In this document: positions 59,168 to 64,000 of the stretch, one piece after another | Layout of the letters: every line of letters begins with the position of its first letter | How positions within the stretch are numbered: position 1 is the first letter of the stretch | From: Alphaproteobacteria bacterium | GTDB lineage: Bacteria; Pseudomonadota; Alphaproteobacteria; CAAHEQ01; UBA3637 | DNA length: 64,000 nucleotides | Assembly (NCBI GenBank): GCA_015062395.1 | Contig: SUUS01000001.1 | Coordinates: 65,429-129,428, forward strand | Direction: 5' to 3' | Position numbers and translations under genes: made by a program | The notes under the pieces: generated by a model | What the model was told of the DNA's origin: nothing | Seen by the model: the letters and a program-made list of their open reading frames with translations, nothing else | Databases searched by the model: none

Positions 59168-60940
59168 TTACGCTAATGCTATATCATGAATAATCATTTG
59201 GACCTTTTTTTGAGTATTCCAAGTATCTATACGCAACTGACCTGCAATATGATAATACTGTCCGACACGATTTTCTAAAAGAGTTTGACCTATTTGTGTT
59301 TTTTCTGCCCTAAAGCATACAGCGTCTAAATATCCACCACTTTTACCTGTAAACTTACAAACAACATGTCCGTTTTTGGTTAAAATAGTTCTGGATAATA
59401 AAACATCATGAACAGCAAAAACAGGTTCTTCATTTCCTTCCCCATATGGTTCAAGCAAACTGATTTTATCCAATAAATCTAAATTAACTGCATGAATATC
59501 TAATACACCATCGATTATTAGCTCTTTAGGTTTATCTACCTCAAGATTGCATTGAGTATTAATATATTCTTTTAAAAAGGCTCTAAAATCGTTAATCCTA
59601 TTGGTATCTAATGAAAAACCAGCAGCCATAGGATGTCCCCCTCCTCGAGATAAAATCCCTTTTTGCATTGCTGTAATAACCAATGTACCTAAATCAACTC
59701 CAGGAACAGAACGACTAGATCCTTTAGCATCAGAACCTTCGACACTTAAAACAAAGGAAGGTAAATTAAATCGTTCTTTTAATCGACCAGCAACAATTCC
59801 AACTACTCCTTGATGCCAATTTTCCCCTTGTACCAAAATAAAAGGATGACCTGCTTGAATATCATCCATAGCCTGTTTAGTTGCCTGTTCTAAAACATCG
59901 CTTTCAATAGAACGTCTTAATAAATTTAATTCTTCCAATTCATTTGCAATCATGGCCGCTTCGACTTCATCAAATGTAGAAAGAAGACGCATCCCTAAAT
60001 CAGACTTACCAACGCGCCCACCAGCATTAATTCTTGGCCCTAAAATATAGCCCAAATGATAAGAAGTTATTTGTTCATGAATTTTCGAAATATGAGATAA
60101 AGCCTTAATCCCCACATTTTTATTGGCTAAAATTTGCTTTAATCCACTTTTTACCAGCAAACGATTAACACCTTTTAATGGAACAACATCGCAAACCGTA
60201 CCAAAAGCAACCAAATCCAACCATTGACGTAAATCGGGTTCTGGTATCTTATCGTCATAAAAACCACGTTGACGTAAAATTTTATTAATCGCAACAACAA
60301 CCAAAAAAACGACTCCAACGGCAGCCATAGAATGACAAGGATGTTTAATATCTTCATCCAACCTTTTAGGATTTACCACAGAATAAGCATTAGGAAGCAT
60401 CCTTTCTGGTTCATGATGATCAATAATAACGATATCCAAACCTAACTTTGTACCAAAATCAATAGGCTCAAAAGCCGTCATACCACAATCGACTGTTGCG
60501 ACTAAACGAATTCCTTCGTCATAAAATTCTTGCATTTTTTGTGCATTTGGACCATAACCATCATCTCTGTCAGGAATGAATGTTTTCGTTTTTGTCCCTG
60601 TACTTTGCAAAAAAAGCTTTAATAAAGCGCTGGACGTTGCACCATCGACATCATAATCCCCCATGATACCGATTGTTTCGCCTCGTTCAACAGAATCAGC
60701 AATTCGTTCGGCTGTTTTTGTGACATCCTTTAGTGTTTCTGGATTGGGTAAATTTTTACGTAAAGTTGGATATAAAAAGTTTTCTAAAACATCTACATCA
60801 AGATTTTTTACCACTAAAATACGTGCTAAAATTTCTGGAATATCGAATTTTTGAATAATGTGCGCAATTAATTTTTCATCTGCAAAATGCTGAACCCACT
60901 TTTTTTTCGATAAAGACTCTTCTACACCTAATACTAACAT
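59168..60940 (-). CDS. recJ: Single-stranded-DNA-specific exonuclease RecJ
   Basis: DHH motifs (GDYDVDGATSSAL, VIIDHHEP), DHHA1 domain GGGHPMAAG. Confidence 0.9.
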   Translation of the reverse strand: MLVLGVEESLSKKKWVQHFADEKLIAHIIQKFDIPEILARILVVKNLDVDVLENFLYPTLRKNLPNPETLKDVTKTAERIADSVERGETIGIMGDYDVDGATSSALLKLFLQSTGTKTKTFIPDRDDGYGPNAQKMQEFYDEGIRLVATVDCGMTAFEPIDFGTKLGLDIVIIDHHEPERMLPNAYSVVNPKRLDEDIKHPCHSMAAVGVVFLVVVAINKILRQRGFYDDKIPEPDLRQWLDLVAFGTVCDVVPLKGVNRLLVKSGLKQILANKNVGIKALSHISKIHEQITSYHLGYILGPRINAGGRVGKSDLGMRLLSTFDEVEAAMIANELEELNLLRRSIESDVLEQATKQAMDDIQAGHPFILVQGENWHQGVVGIVAGRLKERFNLPSFVLSVEGSDAKGSSRSVPGVDLGTLVITAMQKGILSRGGGHPMAAGFSLDTNRINDFRAFLKEYINTQCNLEVDKPKELIIDGVLDIHAVNLDLLDKISLLEPYGEGNEEPVFAVHDVLLSRTILTKNGHVVCKFTGKSGGYLDAVCFRAEKTQIGQTLLENRVGQYYHIAGQLRIDTWNTQKKVQMIIHDIALA

Positions 60941-61006
60941 TTTTTACTTCCTTTTGTACTGACATTTATATATTAAACGAAAAAAGGATTAAAATGCAAG
61001 CTTTTT

Positions 61007-61831
61007 TTAATCTTTTATCTTTTGAGTTTCGTTTGCTTGAGTGCATAAGGATTTGTATCTTCCAACAATGAACATCGAATGAGATGTAATAATCCTTGGC
61101 AAAGTAATCATTTTATCCATACATTCTGTAAAAGTACTTTCCATTTGAGATAGCATAAAAGAATGATATGTTTCTCTATCCTCTTTAACACTTAAAGCTT
61201 CTAAACTATCTAAATAATCAGATCTTTGGTGTGGATGAATCACAACAGGAAAATAAGCATGCTTTAATAAATGAAAATTCATTAACAAACGCCCTGTTCT
61301 GCCATTTCCATCTGCAAAAGGATGAATAGAAACAAACTGATGATGCATATTAAATGCCTGTAAAACTATTTCAGAAGATGTTTTTTCATAATCACGAACT
61401 AACCGTTCCATTAAACCTGGTACTTTTGTAGCCGAAGGTAAAATTGTCGAAGAATTTAATAGTCTTACCCTATCTCTTCGGTAAAAACCAGCTTCATAAT
61501 CATTAATTTTTTTTAAAACTTCTCTGTGTAATGAAAAAATCAACATTTCAGAAAGAGGGATATTCATCGCGACAGCTTCAACCATTAAATTAAATGCATC
61601 AAAATGATTGCTGTCTTCCAACTCATAAACTCGCTGTATATCTTCATCTTTGACACCCATTTGCTTTGCCATCCGAGTAATTGTTTGGCAACGCTCCAAA
61701 GCTGAAGAAGTTGATACCATTTGTTTTTGCAGCCAATTAAAGTAAGTATTTCTATCTTTCAAACTTTCATATAAAACTTTATATTCTTCTTTATTTTCTT
61801 TTATACGCGCAATTCGTTCTTCTTTAGTCAT
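61007..61831 (-). CDS. fic: Fic/Doc family protein (adenylyltransferase-type Fic motif intact)
   Basis: Canonical HPFADGNGRTGR (HPFx[DE]GNGRxxR) motif. Confidence 0.85.
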   Translation of the reverse strand: MTKEERIARIKENKEEYKVLYESLKDRNTYFNWLQKQMVSTSSALERCQTITRMAKQMGVKDEDIQRVYELEDSNHFDAFNLMVEAVAMNIPLSEMLIFSLHREVLKKINDYEAGFYRRDRVRLLNSSTILPSATKVPGLMERLVRDYEKTSSEIVLQAFNMHHQFVSIHPFADGNGRTGRLLMNFHLLKHAYFPVVIHPHQRSDYLDSLEALSVKEDRETYHSFMLSQMESTFTECMDKMITLPRIITSHSMFIVGRYKSLCTQANETQKIKD

Positions 61832-61948
61832 ATCTTTACCTATCTTATGTAAATTTCATAGCACAAAATATCGCATTTGTGAAGACTTTTGATAAAAAAA
61901 ATCTCCAGTTTTTTACAACTGGAGATTTAATTTTCATTTACTGTATAG

Positions 61949-62485
61949 TTATTCTTTTACATCTGCAGCAACCTGCATTTTTACAATGATATCTGGATTG
62001 TTCATCAAACCACTTTGAGGATGTCCTTTTTTAATCATATCAACATATTCCATACCACTGACAACTTTTCCCCAAGCTGTATATTGTCTGTCCAAAAAAC
62101 GAGCATCATCAAAGCAAATAAAGAATTGACTATCTGCAGAATCTGGGTCACTTGCACGAGCCATAGAAACCGTTCCACGAACGTGTGGCACATTATTAAA
62201 TTCAGCATTTAATTTCTTACCACTTCCCCCTGTTCCATTTCCAAGAGGATCTCCTGTTTGAGCCATAAAACCATCAATAACACGATGGAACTTCAGTCCA
62301 TTATAGAAACCTTGACGTGTCAACTCTTTAATTCTAGCAACATGATTTGGCGCTTCATTTGGTAATAATTCAATTACGACACGACCATAATCTAAATCTA
62401 AATATAAAGTATTTTCTTTATCCATAGCTTTTACTCCACTTGCAATTAAACATAAACCTAAAATTAAACTAACTATTTTCTTCAT
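61949..62485 (-). CDS. ppiA: Peptidyl-prolyl cis-trans isomerase, cyclophilin type, periplasmic
   Basis: Signal peptide MKKIVSLILGLCLIASGVKA; FHRVIDGFMAQTGDP cyclophilin signature. Confidence 0.9.
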   Translation of the reverse strand: MKKIVSLILGLCLIASGVKAMDKENTLYLDLDYGRVVIELLPNEAPNHVARIKELTRQGFYNGLKFHRVIDGFMAQTGDPLGNGTGGSGKKLNAEFNNVPHVRGTVSMARASDPDSADSQFFICFDDARFLDRQYTAWGKVVSGMEYVDMIKKGHPQSGLMNNPDIIVKMQVAADVKE

Positions 62486-64000
62486 TTATTTCCTCCCCTC
62501 GAGATAAATCTTGTTGTACATTATCACTTTCATTTTGCTGTTCAACAGACGCATCCGTTTCATCAGTAGCATAATCTTTTACAACCGAAACAGAAACAAC
62601 TTTTTCATTGTTTCCTAAACGGAACAAAATCACACCTTTAGAATTTCGACTGACGATTCTGATATCCGAAGCACGCATTCTGATTAATTTACCAGCATCC
62701 GTCACCAACATTACATGTTCATCTTCTGTCACAGGCATTGATGCAACCACTTCAGCTGGAGCTTTTGTAATATCGATATTTGTCACACCTTGAGCCCCTC
62801 TGGATGTAATACGATAAAGATATGCAGAAGAACGCTTACCCAATCCTGCAGAAGTCACAGTCAAAATAAACTGTTCTTCTTTTTGCATTTTTTCAAATTC
62901 TTCGTCAGACAAAACAACATCTGTTGAAGTTTCTGATACTTCATCATCTAATGTTTCTTCTATATCGTCAACACTTCCAGCTGCTACACGTCTAGCATTT
63001 GCCATCTTCAAATAAACATCACGCTTTTCGACTTCTGTTTCAACATGTTCCAAAACGCTCATAGATATAACTCGGTCATTATTTAACAACCTGATACCAC
63101 GAACGCCAGTAGAAGCTCTAGATTCGAAAATACGAACGGCAGTCACTGGACAACGAACACAACGACCACCAGCTGTTGCAATTAAAATATCTTGATTTTC
63201 TTTGCATATACGAACATCGACCAGTTTATCGCCCTCATCCAACTTCATAGCAATTTTACCATTGCTATTTACTCGATAAAAGTCATCCAAACGATTACGA
63301 CGGATACTACCAGACATTGTAGCAAAAACAACAGACAAACCTTCGCATTCTTCTTGTTTTTCAGGCAAAGTCATCACTGTTGATATTGTTTCACCTTGTT
63401 CCAAAGGCAATAAGTTAATCAACGCTTTGCCCAAACTGTTTGGTCCACCTTCAGGTAAACGATAAACCTTTACCTTGTAAACCATCCCCTTTGAAGAGAA
63501 GAATAAAACAGGATCATGAGTAGATGCTACAAATAATTTACAAACAGCATCTTCTTCACGAGTTGTCATACTGTTCCGTCCTTTTCCTCCTCGATGTTGC
63601 GCTTGGTAAGTATTTAAAGGAACTCTTTTAATGTATCCTGTATTTGTGACTGTCACTACCATTTCTTCACGAGGAATCAAGTCTTCCAAATCTTGTTCAA
63701 ACTCACTATCTTCGATAGTTGTTTTTCTTGGAGTTGCAAAATCACCTTTAACTTGTAAAAACTCTTCGCGCATAATTTCATACAGTTTTTCACGAGAAGA
63801 CAAAATAAACAATAACGCTTTTATCTGTTCGCTTAAATCACCAACTTCGCCATGAATTTTATCGCGTTCCAAGCCTGTTAAACGGTGCAATTTTAAATCC
63901 AAAATCCCTTTAGCTTGAGCTTCGGACAACATATAGCAACCATCCACAATTTTTCGGTCTGGTTCATCGATTAAATCTATTAAAGCTGTCACATCAGCAG
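62469..64000 (-). CDS. gyrA: DNA gyrase subunit A, C-terminal portion (gene continues beyond window end)
   Basis: GyrA-box QHRGGKGRNS, beta-pinwheel repeats, acidic C-terminal tail; frame open to 64000. Confidence 0.9.
   Translation of the reverse strand, partial: ADVTALIDLIDEPDRKIVDGCYMLSEAQAKGILDLKLHRLTGLERDKIHGEVGDLSEQIKALLFILSSREKLYEIMREEFLQVKGDFATPRKTTIEDSEFEQDLEDLIPREEMVVTVTNTGYIKRVPLNTYQAQHRGGKGRNSMTTREEDAVCKLFVASTHDPVLFFSSKGMVYKVKVYRLPEGGPNSLGKALINLLPLEQGETISTVMTLPEKQEECEGLSVVFATMSGSIRRNRLDDFYRVNSNGKIAMKLDEGDKLVDVRICKENQDILIATAGGRCVRCPVTAVRIFESRASTGVRGIRLLNNDRVISMSVLEHVETEVEKRDVYLKMANARRVAAGSVDDIEETLDDEVSETSTDVVLSDEEFEKMQKEEQFILTVTSAGLGKRSSAYLYRITSRGAQGVTNIDITKAPAEVVASMPVTEDEHVMLVTDAGKLIRMRASDIRIVSRNSKGVILFRLGNNEKVVSVSVVKDYATDETDASVEQQNESDNVQQDLSRGEEINEENS

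Noticed and set aside
1-64000. CRISPR arrays, rRNA genes, other structured RNAs (tmRNA, RNase P RNA, SRP RNA)
   Set aside because: No regularly spaced direct repeats and no recognisable conserved RNA motifs were seen in the intergenic regions. The only tandem repeat is the short hexamer at 21393..21435.

Overview
This is a low-GC chromosomal window whose core synteny looks alphaproteobacterial, with an approx 16-kb accessory island from about 42.4 to 58.8 kb. I could not name the organism. No rRNA, CRISPR, IS element or integrase was recognised.

Core genes, in window order:
- moxR / DUF58 / DUF4381 operon
- mscL
- GT2 glycosyltransferase
- valS
- tsaE, a phosphotransferase, addB and addA
- tspO, comF, ruvX
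- rpiB, glyA, nrdR and nusB, with nrdR directly abutting nusB and no rib genes between them
- ppdK, pfp
- topA, dprA, plsY, proS
- slyX, hldD, an msbA-like exporter
- recJ, fic, ppiase, gyrA

The island:
- tRNA-Pro(TGG), driven by a perfect consensus promoter
- a second prolyl-tRNA synthetase of the archaeal/eukaryote type, also behind a perfect TTGACA-N17-TATAAT promoter
- an Sfp-type PPTase and an ATP-grasp ligase
- a convergent minus-strand operon of about 11 kb: FabZ-like dehydratase, an unknown protein, an MDR-family reductase, KAS III, a discrete ACP, and a 2471-aa hybrid NRPS-PKS with domain order A-T-KS-AT-KR-ACP-C and no thioesterase domain
- tRNA-Pro(CGG) and a 25-bp perfect inverted repeat immediately upstream of that operon
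- a MazG-like gene and a FAT-type acyl-ACP thioesterase just beyond the tRNA

Other notable features:
- an autotransporter that appears fragmented into a pseudogene
- a remnant of an HU gene
- a Fic protein with an intact motif
- an MscL carrying a C-terminal zinc-ribbon tail
- a 57-aa DUF465 gene missed by the ORF track
- several clear intrinsic terminators
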